Sequence record: NC_070983.1
DNA: 64,000 nucleotides
Origin: Escherichia phage IME267
Strand: one strand, 5' to 3'
A program made the position numbers and the translations under genes. The notes beneath the pieces were generated by a model, which worked only from the letters and a program-made list of their open reading frames with translations, made no database searches and was not told where the DNA came from. Every line of letters begins with the position of its first letter. Position 1 is the first letter of the stretch. This document shows, piece after piece, positions 1 through 10,054 of this stretch.

Positions 1-1
1 T

Positions 2-271
2 TCAGGGTGTCTTGGTCTTAATTCTGATGCAGGATGGGGTGGTGTAGATGGAGGTTTTGAAATCCCAATAGACCGAAACAAACAACCTAGAGTTTGGCTT
101 GACTATGAGGTTAAAGAGGATGGTTCTCTTTTAATTAAAACTTATCATAGAACCCATTCAACATCCCCAGCTTTTGCTAGAAACGAGTTGGAAGGTTTTT
201 CTGACGGAGACCCTGTTGACATTCCTAAGGATGCTTTCATTTCGGTTCGTGTTGAAATGCCTTCTAAGTAA
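2..271 (+). CDS. 3' end of a structural (tail-associated?) protein whose start lies upstream of the window
   Basis: Open frame 2 from the window edge to TAA at 269-271 (…ISVRVEMPSK*); followed by hairpin and the tail fibre gene. Confidence 0.35.
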   Translation, partial: SGCLGLNSDAGWGGVDGGFEIPIDRNKQPRVWLDYEVKEDGSLLIKTYHRTHSTSPAFARNELEGFSDGDPVDIPKDAFISVRVEMPSK

Positions 272-280
272 ATTAACAAT

Positions 281-300
281 GCTCCCTTCGGGGAGCTTTA
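281..300 (+). terminator. GC hairpin with UUCG tetraloop (GCTCCC-TTCG-GGGAGC) plus short T tract; weak terminator or processing site
   Basis: Perfect 6-bp stem with TTCG loop read directly; only 3 Ts follow. Confidence 0.3.
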
Positions 301-311
301 AGGAGATTTAA

Positions 312-2507
312 ATGTCTAGAGAATTAATGCCCAAATCTGGTATAATGATGCCTCATGTGGTAGTTACTAGAGATGCCGCAGTAGTGGGTGTATCTACTGT
401 AGATGGGGCCGCTGGTGCTATCAACTTAACAGAAAAATACCTTCAGAAGTCTGACGCTGAAGCAACCTATCAAACGAAAGCAGAAGGGGCTACTAAGCAA
501 TATGTAACCGATGCTATTAACCCCATTATGACGAATGCTCTTTTTAAAGATGACCCCTTTGTCAATAATGACACACCTATCCGCTCCGGTGGTGGTAATG
601 GTGTTGAATCAGTAGACATGATTAAAGTCACTCCTGAGAATAATATCAAACTGGGGAGCTATGCTTCTTCTGTTCAGGGGGTTGAGATTCATTCTGCTGG
701 TCGTCTTCAGGTTGTTGATCAGAACGATTCTGGAGTCGAAACTAAATACCCGATATACTCCAAAAGGTATCGCCCGGAAGTTGAGGATTTACCTTTCGCT
801 TCAATCGGTTCCTACGTCAAAGATTCCAAAGGACGCACTATTGGTGTAACTCGTACTGGTATCAACTCTGATATCAAACAACTTACCCAGAAGGTAACTT
901 TCACTCAACCCGTTACTGTTCCTGATGCAGTTGGTGATTATGATGCGGTTACTTTGAGACAGCTTCGAAACAGCGGTGGTGGTTCTGGTGGTCCTACAAT
1001 GAGTGGAATTTCTAACTTTGGGATTGGGGATTTTCATTTACGTGATAGTCGTGCTTTTATTCCAGCTTTTGAAGTTGTGTCTGACGGGCAGCTTTTGAAT
1101 CGTGCTGACTATCCAGATCTGTGGGCTTATGCACAATTATTGTCACCTATAGAGGATTCAGAGTGGCTTTCTGACAAGTTTAAGCGTGGTCGGTACAGTA
1201 CGGGGGATGGTACTACAACCTTCCGTGTACCTGACAGAAACGGCATTCAGGCTGGTTCTGTACGCGCTCTATATGGTCGTGGTGATGGTGGGTCCAGTTC
1301 TGCTAACGGAGACATATTCGAATCCGCCGCACCAAACATCTGGGCGCGGACGGCAAGCTACTCCGGTTCCAGCTATGCACAGGTTTTTGGTGATATAGCG
1401 CAGGGTGCCTTCGTAGCGGATAACACGCTGTTCCCTGCTGCTGCTGGTGATGCTATCCCAGATACAGGCGCAATCGCTATCTCTGGGCGCTATAACACAC
1501 TGACCTTTGACGCATCTCGTTCAAGCCCTATTTATGGCGGGTCCGTTGATGAGATTATGGGTCGTAACTTTGTAGGTGTTTGGACTATTCGTGCTCATGG
1601 AGGTTTTACTGCTGCTAACACCTCTTGGTCTGTTATTAACAGTGACACAAACCGTCCTGCTGGTGGAACTCGGGTAACTAGCGGTTCAGTTGTTTCTGAA
1701 TATAAAATTGGTTCAGAAGTAGAAGCCTCTACTACGCTCCAAACTGATGCTTATATCGACGGAGCTTATTATGGGATTATCAATGTTTATAATAAAACCA
1801 AAGGAGTTACCAAGCAATTAGCTTTTGACGATTCTGGAACCCTGAACTCTGATAGATATGTTGCTCGGTCTAGAACATTGATGTCTTGGAGTGAAACAGG
1901 AAGTCGCAGAGGGACGTTTTCTATAGACAACCAAGGGGTTGGTGCTAACTACTCTTTTAACTCTATACTGAGTGCTTCCCAAGCATCCCAAGGTGGATAC
2001 AAAACTACTACCCATGTAGGGATGATTCACAATGATGCTGGATCTTTTGCTGATTCCTGTTGGCATGTTTCGGGAGATGAAGACAACAAATATGGTTGTC
2101 GTTTAACTCTCCGACCAAACAGGAACGAGATTTACTACTACACTTGGCAGCCAAGTTCAACCGGAACTTATACTCTTGCTATGAATCCTGTATCTGATGA
2201 AAAGTTGAAACATAACATCCAAGATATCTCTCCTGATGAAGCAATTCGTGCGATAAAAGGTTTGGATTTCAAATCGTTTGTGTACAACAATGATAATCAA
2301 GGAAGAACTCGTCGTGGTATCATTGCACAGCAGGCAGAGAAAGTTGAACCTCTTTATGTTAAAACTCGTAAATTCCATGACAACGATGGGGTAGAGCAGG
2401 AACAGAAAGAGTTGGATGCAACTCCAATGCTTTTAGATACCATGCAGGTTGTTCAAGATCTGCTGAAGCGTATTGAAGTTCTAGAAGCGAAGTTAGCAGA
2501 GAAGTGA
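312..2507 (+). CDS. Tail fibre protein with phage tail-collar region and C-terminal S74-type intramolecular chaperone (autoproteolytic) domain
   Basis: Collar-like segment (…DYPDLWAYAQLL…GDGTTTFRVPDRNG…); C-terminal …GLDFKSFVYNNDNQGRTRRGIIAQQAEKVEPLYV… typical of endosialidase-type chaperone domains. Confidence 0.75.
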   Translation: MSRELMPKSGIMMPHVVVTRDAAVVGVSTVDGAAGAINLTEKYLQKSDAEATYQTKAEGATKQYVTDAINPIMTNALFKDDPFVNNDTPIRSGGGNGVESVDMIKVTPENNIKLGSYASSVQGVEIHSAGRLQVVDQNDSGVETKYPIYSKRYRPEVEDLPFASIGSYVKDSKGRTIGVTRTGINSDIKQLTQKVTFTQPVTVPDAVGDYDAVTLRQLRNSGGGSGGPTMSGISNFGIGDFHLRDSRAFIPAFEVVSDGQLLNRADYPDLWAYAQLLSPIEDSEWLSDKFKRGRYSTGDGTTTFRVPDRNGIQAGSVRALYGRGDGGSSSANGDIFESAAPNIWARTASYSGSSYAQVFGDIAQGAFVADNTLFPAAAGDAIPDTGAIAISGRYNTLTFDASRSSPIYGGSVDEIMGRNFVGVWTIRAHGGFTAANTSWSVINSDTNRPAGGTRVTSGSVVSEYKIGSEVEASTTLQTDAYIDGAYYGIINVYNKTKGVTKQLAFDDSGTLNSDRYVARSRTLMSWSETGSRRGTFSIDNQGVGANYSFNSILSASQASQGGYKTTTHVGMIHNDAGSFADSCWHVSGDEDNKYGCRLTLRPNRNEIYYYTWQPSSTGTYTLAMNPVSDEKLKHNIQDISPDEAIRAIKGLDFKSFVYNNDNQGRTRRGIIAQQAEKVEPLYVKTRKFHDNDGVEQEQKELDATPMLLDTMQVVQDLLKRIEVLEAKLAEK

Positions 2508-2511
2508 GATA

Positions 2512-2532
2512 AGCCCCTTCGGGGGCTTTTAG
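2512..2532 (+). terminator. Intrinsic terminator-like hairpin (AGCCCC-TTCG-GGGGCT + TTTT) after tail fibre gene
   Basis: Perfect stem, UUCG tetraloop, T tract. Confidence 0.5.
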
Positions 2533-2596
2533 GAGTGAAACTGGTGAATAAGTAATGAAACTACTATATCCAAAAGGAAAATGAAAGGAGAAGAAA

Positions 2597-2815
2597 ATGA
2601 AAATGATGAAACAGGTAACTTATGGTCTAGCTTGCTTAGGGACAGGTTTTGTGATTTCCACAGCAGTACCTGTAAATGCAGTAGGCTCTCATTCTACTAT
2701 AGAAGCTCCTGTAGAGAAGCTTAGTTCTCAATGTAAACAAAGGACCATTCAAAATAATTTGGTTGTTATTTGCCCAGACGCTCAATCTTCAGCTCTGAGA
2801 AAAATTCTTCCTTAA
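2597..2815 (+). CDS. Small membrane/secreted protein, possible holin
   Basis: 72 aa, one N-terminal hydrophobic helix, immediately upstream of lysozyme gene; strong RBS. Confidence 0.3.
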   Translation: MKMMKQVTYGLACLGTGFVISTAVPVNAVGSHSTIEAPVEKLSSQCKQRTIQNNLVVICPDAQSSALRKILP

Positions 2816-2848
2816 TTGACCTAAAATAACAACAAAAGGAGGTCAAAG

Positions 2849-3340
2849 ATGGACGCTATCGCATTGCCGCCTGTACAGATGAGCCTAAGTCCGGCTGGTA
2901 TGGAGTTTATCATGAAGCATGAAGGCATGAGAACTAAAGCCTATAAAGACTCCGCTGGAATCTGGACTATATGTGTAGGGGCTACGCGCGATATGAATGG
3001 GTATCCAGTAAGACAAGGATTAACGTATTCTATAGAGGATTGTCTAGCTCTGCTAGATAGAGACACACAAGACTCTGTTCGTGCTACTCAGAAAAACATA
3101 AGAGTTCCTATGCTAGCTCATGAATTTGATGCTGTCACTTCTTTCAACTTTAATGTTGGTGGTGGTGCTTTGTCAGCTTCAAAACTTAGGAAAGTGATCA
3201 ACGGAGATGTGAAGGGTGATGTTTACTCAGAGTTCTTACGTTGGGATAAGATAACTGTTAAAGGTGTAAAGCAGCGGAGTCCGGGACTTCACAATCGCAG
3301 GGTTGCAGAAGCAAATCTATACACTACAGGAAAATATTAA
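2849..3340 (+). CDS. Lysozyme (GH24, T4/lambda-R-like muramidase); probable endolysin
   Basis: Motif …EFIMKHEGMRTKAYKDSAGIWTICVGAT… matches catalytic Glu and Gly-rich region of GH24 lysozymes; RBS AAAGGAGG. Confidence 0.8.
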   Translation: MDAIALPPVQMSLSPAGMEFIMKHEGMRTKAYKDSAGIWTICVGATRDMNGYPVRQGLTYSIEDCLALLDRDTQDSVRATQKNIRVPMLAHEFDAVTSFNFNVGGGALSASKLRKVINGDVKGDVYSEFLRWDKITVKGVKQRSPGLHNRRVAEANLYTTGKY

Positions 3341-3352
3341 TGGAGGTGCCTT

Positions 3353-4156
3353 TTGGCTATCGAAACAACTGCGGTAGTAACTACCGATTTAAACCCCCTA
3401 TACCCACGGGACAGGGATTATCTTTATGAAGGGGCTGCCCAGATACGACTGGTCAAACAAGTATTAATTAACACCTTTCCTAACATCACAGAGCCAGTTC
3501 AACTTGACTCAGATTCTTTCAACATCTTAGCAAACAAGGTTTCCTTTACTGGAGATTCTATGGATGTTGGAGGTTTGATGATCAAAAACTTAACTCCGGG
3601 AACTGGTGATAAAGATGCTGTAACCAAAGGTCAGATGGAAGCTTTCATGTTAAACTGGATGCAGAATAAACTCTATCGTATTGGGGCTTACTATATCACT
3701 GAAGAAGATATCAACCCCGGAGATTCTAGCTCTCTTGGTTTTGGTTCTTGGGCTAAAGTAACTGGTGTTGTTATGGGTACTGGTGTTGTTAACCCTGATG
3801 GCTCTGTTCCTAATGCTCAGCGTGTAGAGTTCCAAGCAGGTGGTACTGGTGGTCGTGTATTTAACACAATTCGTGCTGACAACATGCCTCTGACTACAAT
3901 CAATGGTTCTAGTTTTCAAGTTAGTTCTTATTCTCACTCACATAATATCACAATGGGTCGTGGAGATGCTAGTGGTCACAACAGCAGTCCTAATTGGTAT
4001 AGTCCGGGTGGTGGTTATACTCAGGTAACTGACACTAACACCCACTCTCACTCAATTACAGGTTCTGTTAGTTTTGGACGTGATGATGTATCAAGACAAC
4101 CTATTAACACTTTGCCGCCTTTCAGAGCAGCGCATATCTGGAGACGTATTAGCTAA
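3353..4156 (+). CDS. Tail fibre-like structural protein
   Basis: Gly/Ser/Thr-rich beta-type sequence, fibre-like N-terminus; tight operon coupling. Confidence 0.4.
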   Translation: MAIETTAVVTTDLNPLYPRDRDYLYEGAAQIRLVKQVLINTFPNITEPVQLDSDSFNILANKVSFTGDSMDVGGLMIKNLTPGTGDKDAVTKGQMEAFMLNWMQNKLYRIGAYYITEEDINPGDSSSLGFGSWAKVTGVVMGTGVVNPDGSVPNAQRVEFQAGGTGGRVFNTIRADNMPLTTINGSSFQVSSYSHSHNITMGRGDASGHNSSPNWYSPGGGYTQVTDTNTHSHSITGSVSFGRDDVSRQPINTLPPFRAAHIWRRIS

Positions 4157-4165
4157 GGAGGAATT

Positions 4166-7100
4166 ATGGCGCTTTATCCAATAAAATCTTTAGGGGCTGT
4201 AGGGGTTATTGCTGACCAAGCTCCGACTGATTTAGCACCTAATGCTTTCACTAATGCTATCAATGCCCGCTTTGTAGAGCAAAGAGTTTTTAAGACGGGG
4301 GGCAATGCCCCTCTTTCTTATGTAGAAGAAGATAAAGAGATTACACCACTTTCTTTTATATCAATGCCTTTTGACTACTACAGTGCAGGTAATAGCTTTC
4401 TGATTGTTGGTACAGACAAAAAGCTATACAAGCTAACAGATGAAAGTTTGACAGATATTAGCCGAAAGGTTGCTACTGTCACAAAAAGAGCTTCCGCTTC
4501 TATTAAGATATATCCAGTTGTTTCTCAGATTGTTCCTAAAGAAACTTCTATTTCAATGAATTTCAATCAAACTAAAACCTTGGAAGTTTCTATTCTTCCT
4601 GAAGATGCTAACAACACAGCTTTAGTTTGGGAGGTTAGTAATTCTTCTTATGGTAAAGTAGAAGCTGACACCGAGAACCCTAAAACTGCAACCTTGACGT
4701 CTTATGAAAAAGAAGGGAATTTAGTAGTTACTGTATCAACAGCTGATAAATCTATTAGTGCTCAGATTGCAGTAAACATCATAGACGGTGATTCTGGTAT
4801 CTTCTTAAGTCAGGATACAATAACTGTCCGCAAAGGTGGTAACACAACGCTAACTGCTGTTACTGGAAAAACTCCTGTAACTTGGGTCTCTAGTAATGCT
4901 TCTGTTGTGTCTGTAACACCTAATGCTAATACACTGACAGCTACTTTGTCTGCTAATGGTGAGGGTACTGTAACAATAACTGCTGATAACGGAACTAAGA
5001 GTGCTTCTTGTCAAATTACTGTTATATCTCAGATAGACAGTATCACTCTGAGTCAGACAAGCGTTCAAATGAGCAGAGGTACTCAGTATGTTTTAACTGC
5101 TACGGTTAATCCTTCAGATGCTCCCAATAAAAACATAACTTGGACTTCCTCTAATCCTGCCATTGCCACAGTTTCTGGAAATAGTACAGAAGCGGTAATA
5201 ACAGGGTTACTAGCTGGGTTTACTGAAATCACAGCTGTTACTCAAGAGGGTGATAGATCAGCAACCTGTACAGTGAGAGTTGATTTAGCTGGGAGAATGA
5301 TGCGAACTTCTGCAATGGCTTTATCAGAACCTGTTGTAGATTCTATACAAGAAGAAGAAACCAATAATACTCCTATCGAATCAGAAGAGGTTTTATATTT
5401 TGTTAATGAGCCATCTGGAGTTGATACCTCAGGGATGTATGAAGGTAACAACTTCTATGATTACTCAAACGTCAATGATATGGAAGGTTTTGCACGAGCT
5501 GCACTTATGTCCAGCGATACTCCGTTGCAATCTTTATCACTAGATATCATCGATGCCTCTCTTGATGTTGGGGAAGATATTGTAATTACAGCCAATGCTT
5601 TGCCTGAGGGAGAGTATTTCTATCAGTGGACAGTGGACAAAGCAGGATATGTTTCAACCACATCTACTACCGGGAAATCTCTAAAACTGACAGCTATTCG
5701 TAAAGGTGAGATCAAAGTTACTTGTACTGCTAGTCAAATGACTCAGAAAGATTATGATGCTTTTGACGACTATCCTTGGTATCACACCATAATCTCTAAC
5801 TGTGCAGTGGCTACCACTCACTATGAAACACCACAGGTCAAAGAATTTGAATCTGAGTATTTCGTAGATCTTCCGGGATGGGGTGAGCAAACAGTCGTTG
5901 ATAATGATGGCAACCCTTCTGTTAAGAAATTTAACTGGAAGTGTGAGCGTATTCGTGCATTCAACAACAGACTTTTTGCTCTGAATATGAGGGAATCTAA
6001 TGCATCTGGTGTAACTACTCACTACCCTCTAAGACTTCGGTGGTCGAATTTCGCTAACGAAAACAAAGCTCCATCTCTTTGGGATGATTATGCTTATGAT
6101 CGTTTAACAACTTCAGACCTATCAGCAAACATTGTTGGTCAAACTGAGGCTTTGGAAAATGGGTACGCTGGGTATATAGATTTAGCAGATTCTAACGGAA
6201 GCTTGATTGATGTACTTCCTCTGAAAGATTACCTTTTTGTTTACACGGAGTTCGAAACCTACATTGGTTCTCCAACCAATAACACATATCAGCCTCTTAT
6301 GTTTAAGAAGCTGTTTAATGACTCTGGCATACTTGCTCCTGAGTGTGCAGTTGAAGTCGAAGGTGGACACTTCGTAGTAACTCAAAATGATGTGATCTTA
6401 CACAATGGTGCATCTAAAAAATCTATAGCATCTAACCGAGTCAAGAATCTTCTCATTAATGAGATCTGTCTAGTAAACCCTCTAGCTACTAGAGTTCACC
6501 TACACCAAGACAAGAAAGAGGTTTGGGTTTTATATGTAGGTCCGGGAGAGCCTAAAGAGAGTTTTGCTTGTAATAAAGCCGCTGTTTGGAATTATGAGTT
6601 TGACACTTGGTCTTTCCGTACAATACCATATGCTCAGTGTATTGGGTTAGTCGATCCACCAGTTCTTGAGAGAGGTCCAATCTGGGCAGATTTTCAAGAG
6701 ATCACTTGGGATGATCCCTCTATTAACCAATTAGTCTGGAGAAAGGATGCTAATAACTTCCGTCAAAGGATTACAATAGTTGGCTCTTTCCTGAAGGGAT
6801 TCTATCAAGTGGATGTTGGTGCTCTGGACTACATCTATGACAGAACCAATGATAGGATTATAGAAAAACCTTTAGAAATGAGGCTAGAAAGAACTGGTAT
6901 TGATTTTGATAGTGTCACTAACGAGTGGAATCAAAAACATATTAATAGATTTAGACCTCAAGTCACTGGTACGGGTACTTATACTTTTGAAGTCGGTGGA
7001 AGTCAATTCTCAAACGAGTATGGACACAATCACTCAACTAAAGAGTTTAGGGTAGGCTCAGATCGTCATGTATCCGTGAGACTGAACCATCCATACCTAT

Positions 7101-7186
7101 TCTATAATGTTATAGATAATGATGTTAACAGTAATGCTTCTATGAATGGTTTAACCATAGAGTTTAGTGTTGGCGGTCGAAGATAA
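4166..7186 (+). CDS. Large tail protein with tandem bacterial Ig-like (Big_2) domains
   Basis: Repeated ~80-aa segments (…TLTAT…VSSNASVVSVTPNANTLTA…GEGTVTITA…) characteristic of Big_2. Confidence 0.55.
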   Translation: MALYPIKSLGAVGVIADQAPTDLAPNAFTNAINARFVEQRVFKTGGNAPLSYVEEDKEITPLSFISMPFDYYSAGNSFLIVGTDKKLYKLTDESLTDISRKVATVTKRASASIKIYPVVSQIVPKETSISMNFNQTKTLEVSILPEDANNTALVWEVSNSSYGKVEADTENPKTATLTSYEKEGNLVVTVSTADKSISAQIAVNIIDGDSGIFLSQDTITVRKGGNTTLTAVTGKTPVTWVSSNASVVSVTPNANTLTATLSANGEGTVTITADNGTKSASCQITVISQIDSITLSQTSVQMSRGTQYVLTATVNPSDAPNKNITWTSSNPAIATVSGNSTEAVITGLLAGFTEITAVTQEGDRSATCTVRVDLAGRMMRTSAMALSEPVVDSIQEEETNNTPIESEEVLYFVNEPSGVDTSGMYEGNNFYDYSNVNDMEGFARAALMSSDTPLQSLSLDIIDASLDVGEDIVITANALPEGEYFYQWTVDKAGYVSTTSTTGKSLKLTAIRKGEIKVTCTASQMTQKDYDAFDDYPWYHTIISNCAVATTHYETPQVKEFESEYFVDLPGWGEQTVVDNDGNPSVKKFNWKCERIRAFNNRLFALNMRESNASGVTTHYPLRLRWSNFANENKAPSLWDDYAYDRLTTSDLSANIVGQTEALENGYAGYIDLADSNGSLIDVLPLKDYLFVYTEFETYIGSPTNNTYQPLMFKKLFNDSGILAPECAVEVEGGHFVVTQNDVILHNGASKKSIASNRVKNLLINEICLVNPLATRVHLHQDKKEVWVLYVGPGEPKESFACNKAAVWNYEFDTWSFRTIPYAQCIGLVDPPVLERGPIWADFQEITWDDPSINQLVWRKDANNFRQRITIVGSFLKGFYQVDVGALDYIYDRTNDRIIEKPLEMRLERTGIDFDSVTNEWNQKHINRFRPQVTGTGTYTFEVGGSQFSNEYGHNHSTKEFRVGSDRHVSVRLNHPYLFYNVIDNDVNSNASMNGLTIEFSVGGRR

Positions 7187-7191
7187 CAAAT

Positions 7192-7212
7192 AGGGGCTTC
7201 GGCCCCTTTTAT
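7192..7212 (+). terminator. Intrinsic terminator hairpin (AGGGGC-TTCG-GCCCCT + TTTT)
   Basis: Perfect stem, UUCG loop, T tract, directly after stop of 4166..7186. Confidence 0.55.
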
Positions 7213-7221
7213 TGTTTTTAA

Positions 7222-8202
7222 TTGGAGGTACTTATGGGTGCTGGAGGTTTTCGAAAGAACACTGGTAGAAACAACACCACACTTCCGTACAATGTTGGTT
7301 TTCTAAACAATGTGCAGGATACAGAAACTTACAACGTTGCCGTCTATGATGAACTACAAAAAGTTAGTACAGCAACTAATCAGATGTTTCAAGCTATTGA
7401 TGAAATACATGAAGAAATTGATGTTAGGATTAAAGCTCTTAATGCAATGAATCTTCAATTTGATGAACTTGAAAACAGAATTACTACAGAGATCGAAACA
7501 GCTATTGCTGATATTCAAACACAGATGGGCAATCTGTCCACTGAAGATATTTGGGATAATTCAGTACAACCGCCAGTTAAGCTAGAAAGTTCTATGGCAG
7601 GGTTTAAAACTTCTATAGAAGGTAATGAGGTTAAGATACAATCTGTTGAGGGAATCGTAAACCAGCAGGGAGAGGAAATTGGCTTAGTTCAAACAGAGAT
7701 CTCCAACATTAACAGCAGCCTATCTTCTTATATGAAGCTATCTGACTACGAGGCTACGTGGGGGGTTAACTCAAATGTCAACGGTAGGTATGCTGGTGTC
7801 AAGTTAACTAACAACGGAACAAACAGTCAATTCCAAGTAACAGCTAACAAATTTATTGTTGGTGATGGCAGCTCTGGTAACACACCTTTTGTGTTTGAGG
7901 GTGGTAGGGCTAGAATGGAGTTCGCTGACATAAAGAACGTCAACATCACAACTGCTCAGATTGCCAACGCTAGGATCCAATGGGCACAGATTGATAACGT
8001 ATCTATCTCCAATGCTCAGATTCAGAATTTATCAGCGGATAAAATCACTGCTGGTTCTATGTGGGGTTCTAACTGGAGACTTACTGTTGGTGGTGATTTT
8101 GTTATGGGTGGTACAGGTGGTTCTCAGTTGTGGATGAATGGTAATAGAATAGATTTTTATGATGGGAGTGGAACTCTTCGCATAAGAATAGGGAGTTGGT
8201 AA
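7222..8202 (+). CDS. Tail fibre / host-specificity-like structural protein
   Basis: Coiled-coil N-terminal half, C-terminal repeats (…AQIANARIQWAQIDNVSISNAQIQNLSADKITAG…). Confidence 0.4.
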   Translation: MEVLMGAGGFRKNTGRNNTTLPYNVGFLNNVQDTETYNVAVYDELQKVSTATNQMFQAIDEIHEEIDVRIKALNAMNLQFDELENRITTEIETAIADIQTQMGNLSTEDIWDNSVQPPVKLESSMAGFKTSIEGNEVKIQSVEGIVNQQGEEIGLVQTEISNINSSLSSYMKLSDYEATWGVNSNVNGRYAGVKLTNNGTNSQFQVTANKFIVGDGSSGNTPFVFEGGRARMEFADIKNVNITTAQIANARIQWAQIDNVSISNAQIQNLSADKITAGSMWGSNWRLTVGGDFVMGGTGGSQLWMNGNRIDFYDGSGTLRIRIGSW

Positions 8203-8203
8203 C

Positions 8204-9238
8204 ATGGCATATGGAATATGGACACGCCCGGTTGGTCCGGGTCCAGCGGCCCCTGCTGATATTTATATTGATAGTGGTAGCACATTCCCTCAACTCAGAA
8301 ATAGGGTCAGTGGGAATTTCTCTTTTAGTGGAAATACCTGTGACTTGCCTATAAGTGGTTGGGATGGTAGTGGTCAGATAGTTATAGTTCCAACAGGGTC
8401 TGTTGTTTGGGAGAGATACATACCTCCCAATTTAACATCTGATGTATATTGGATAACTGACATATCTGTTATTAATAACTCAACCTTCAGAGTTACTATG
8501 GACTATAATGTAAACGGTTGGATATTTGATATGGCTTTTAATGTGTATCAAATATGGCCTAGAGCTAATAGGAACTATGGAATCACATTCTCCAACTCTG
8601 CTGACTATTTCTCAATCTCTGATTCTGGAGTTGTTGGTCAATGTATTTGGGCTTGGGAAGGTGACATAAATGGTTCTCTTCAAATACCAGATATTGGTGG
8701 TTTTGATATGAGCCGAGCAACTGTCTACGCAAATTGGAGTAACGGAGGAGCAGGGCTTCTATACAATCCATCCAATAGGGTTGTTTATGTGTACCAGAAC
8801 AGGTCTCATGATAATGGTAACACAAACCAAACAGGATCCATTGGCGGTGTTAGAATTGCCGTCTTCTGTGATGGTTCTGGAGTACCGACTCATAATGGAG
8901 GTTTAAATATCTTTTCTCCAAATGGGTCTCAGTGTGTATTTTCTACATATAGAACCCCTTTTAGTGTTGAGGGATTTATGCCTATGAGTGGTGGTAACAC
9001 ATCTCTGGCCTATCCAATGATACCACTATCTTACGGAGCCGGAGCAATAAGAGGCAGGACTAGTGGTTGGTATTTTCAACACACAAGATCTCACATGATG
9101 AATGGCTCTTCTTTCAGCACAGGTTTCGGTAGGATGATTTACTCTTGGAGTGACCAATACGATTTAGGAGGAGGTGGTGCTCTCGGATTAAGCATTCCGA
9201 TATTAGATGCTAGGAAAATATTCAGGAGTATACAATAA
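8204..9238 (+). CDS. Structural protein, unknown function
   Basis: ORF coupled to neighbours in structural operon. Confidence 0.35.
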   Translation: MAYGIWTRPVGPGPAAPADIYIDSGSTFPQLRNRVSGNFSFSGNTCDLPISGWDGSGQIVIVPTGSVVWERYIPPNLTSDVYWITDISVINNSTFRVTMDYNVNGWIFDMAFNVYQIWPRANRNYGITFSNSADYFSISDSGVVGQCIWAWEGDINGSLQIPDIGGFDMSRATVYANWSNGGAGLLYNPSNRVVYVYQNRSHDNGNTNQTGSIGGVRIAVFCDGSGVPTHNGGLNIFSPNGSQCVFSTYRTPFSVEGFMPMSGGNTSLAYPMIPLSYGAGAIRGRTSGWYFQHTRSHMMNGSSFSTGFGRMIYSWSDQYDLGGGGALGLSIPILDARKIFRSIQ

Positions 9239-9247
9239 GGAGTTATT

Positions 9248-10045
9248 ATGTCAATTAGAATGGGTATTGAAGAACTAGACCCAATGGTTCAACAGGCTTC
9301 AAAGAAGTATGGGATTCCTGCTGCTTTGATTCATGCTGTAATCCAAAGAGAGTCTAGTGGTCGTCCTACAGTGGCTTCTGGAACTGGTCCTGTAGGCTTA
9401 ATGCAGATTAGTAAAGGGTTGGCTAAAGATTATGGTTACAAACTTGAAGATAGGTTAGACCCTGCAAAGAATATTGACATGGGTGCTAGATATTTAAGAG
9501 ATAACCTGAAAGCTTTTGACGGTGATGTGAGGAAGGCTTTGGTGGGGTATTCAGAAGGGACTGGTGGTGCTAAGCAAATGTTTGCTGGTAAGAAAGGGTT
9601 TACACCTCAAGCTTTAGATTCAATGAATAATAAGCTGTTCCTACCATTCTTTGATAAGAACACAGCAGCGGCACAAGTGGCTAATCCTGTAGGTGCTTTG
9701 AAAGCAGTACAGCCTGTGGACCAGTTTGATTCTAATACGCTGACTAGAGAAGGTGCTGCAAACGCTCCTACTCAAGCAGAGATAGCTGCAAGCAAGGCTG
9801 GAGCTTTAGGTGGTCGTCCCGTAGAGTTTTACTCTGATGAACAATCTACTGGGGAAAATCAAAAACCTCAACAGAACTTTGGAAATGCTGTATTGGCAGC
9901 TGCTTCTATGCTTGCAGGAAAACAGCCTAACTCTCAAACCGTACAGAGAGCACATGCCCCTACTCAAGCAGGTTCTCGATATAGTCCACAAACACAAGCC
10001 GTGCTGAGACGTTTGTCTAGCATAGGTACTGATATTTACAGATAA
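9248..10045 (+). CDS. Virion-associated lytic transglycosylase (SLT domain)
   Basis: …AVIQRESSGRPTVASGTGPVGLMQI… matches SLT catalytic Glu-Ser and GLMQ motif. Confidence 0.65.
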   Translation: MSIRMGIEELDPMVQQASKKYGIPAALIHAVIQRESSGRPTVASGTGPVGLMQISKGLAKDYGYKLEDRLDPAKNIDMGARYLRDNLKAFDGDVRKALVGYSEGTGGAKQMFAGKKGFTPQALDSMNNKLFLPFFDKNTAAAQVANPVGALKAVQPVDQFDSNTLTREGAANAPTQAEIAASKAGALGGRPVEFYSDEQSTGENQKPQQNFGNAVLAAASMLAGKQPNSQTVQRAHAPTQAGSRYSPQTQAVLRRLSSIGTDIYR

Positions 10046-10054
10046 GGAGGACGT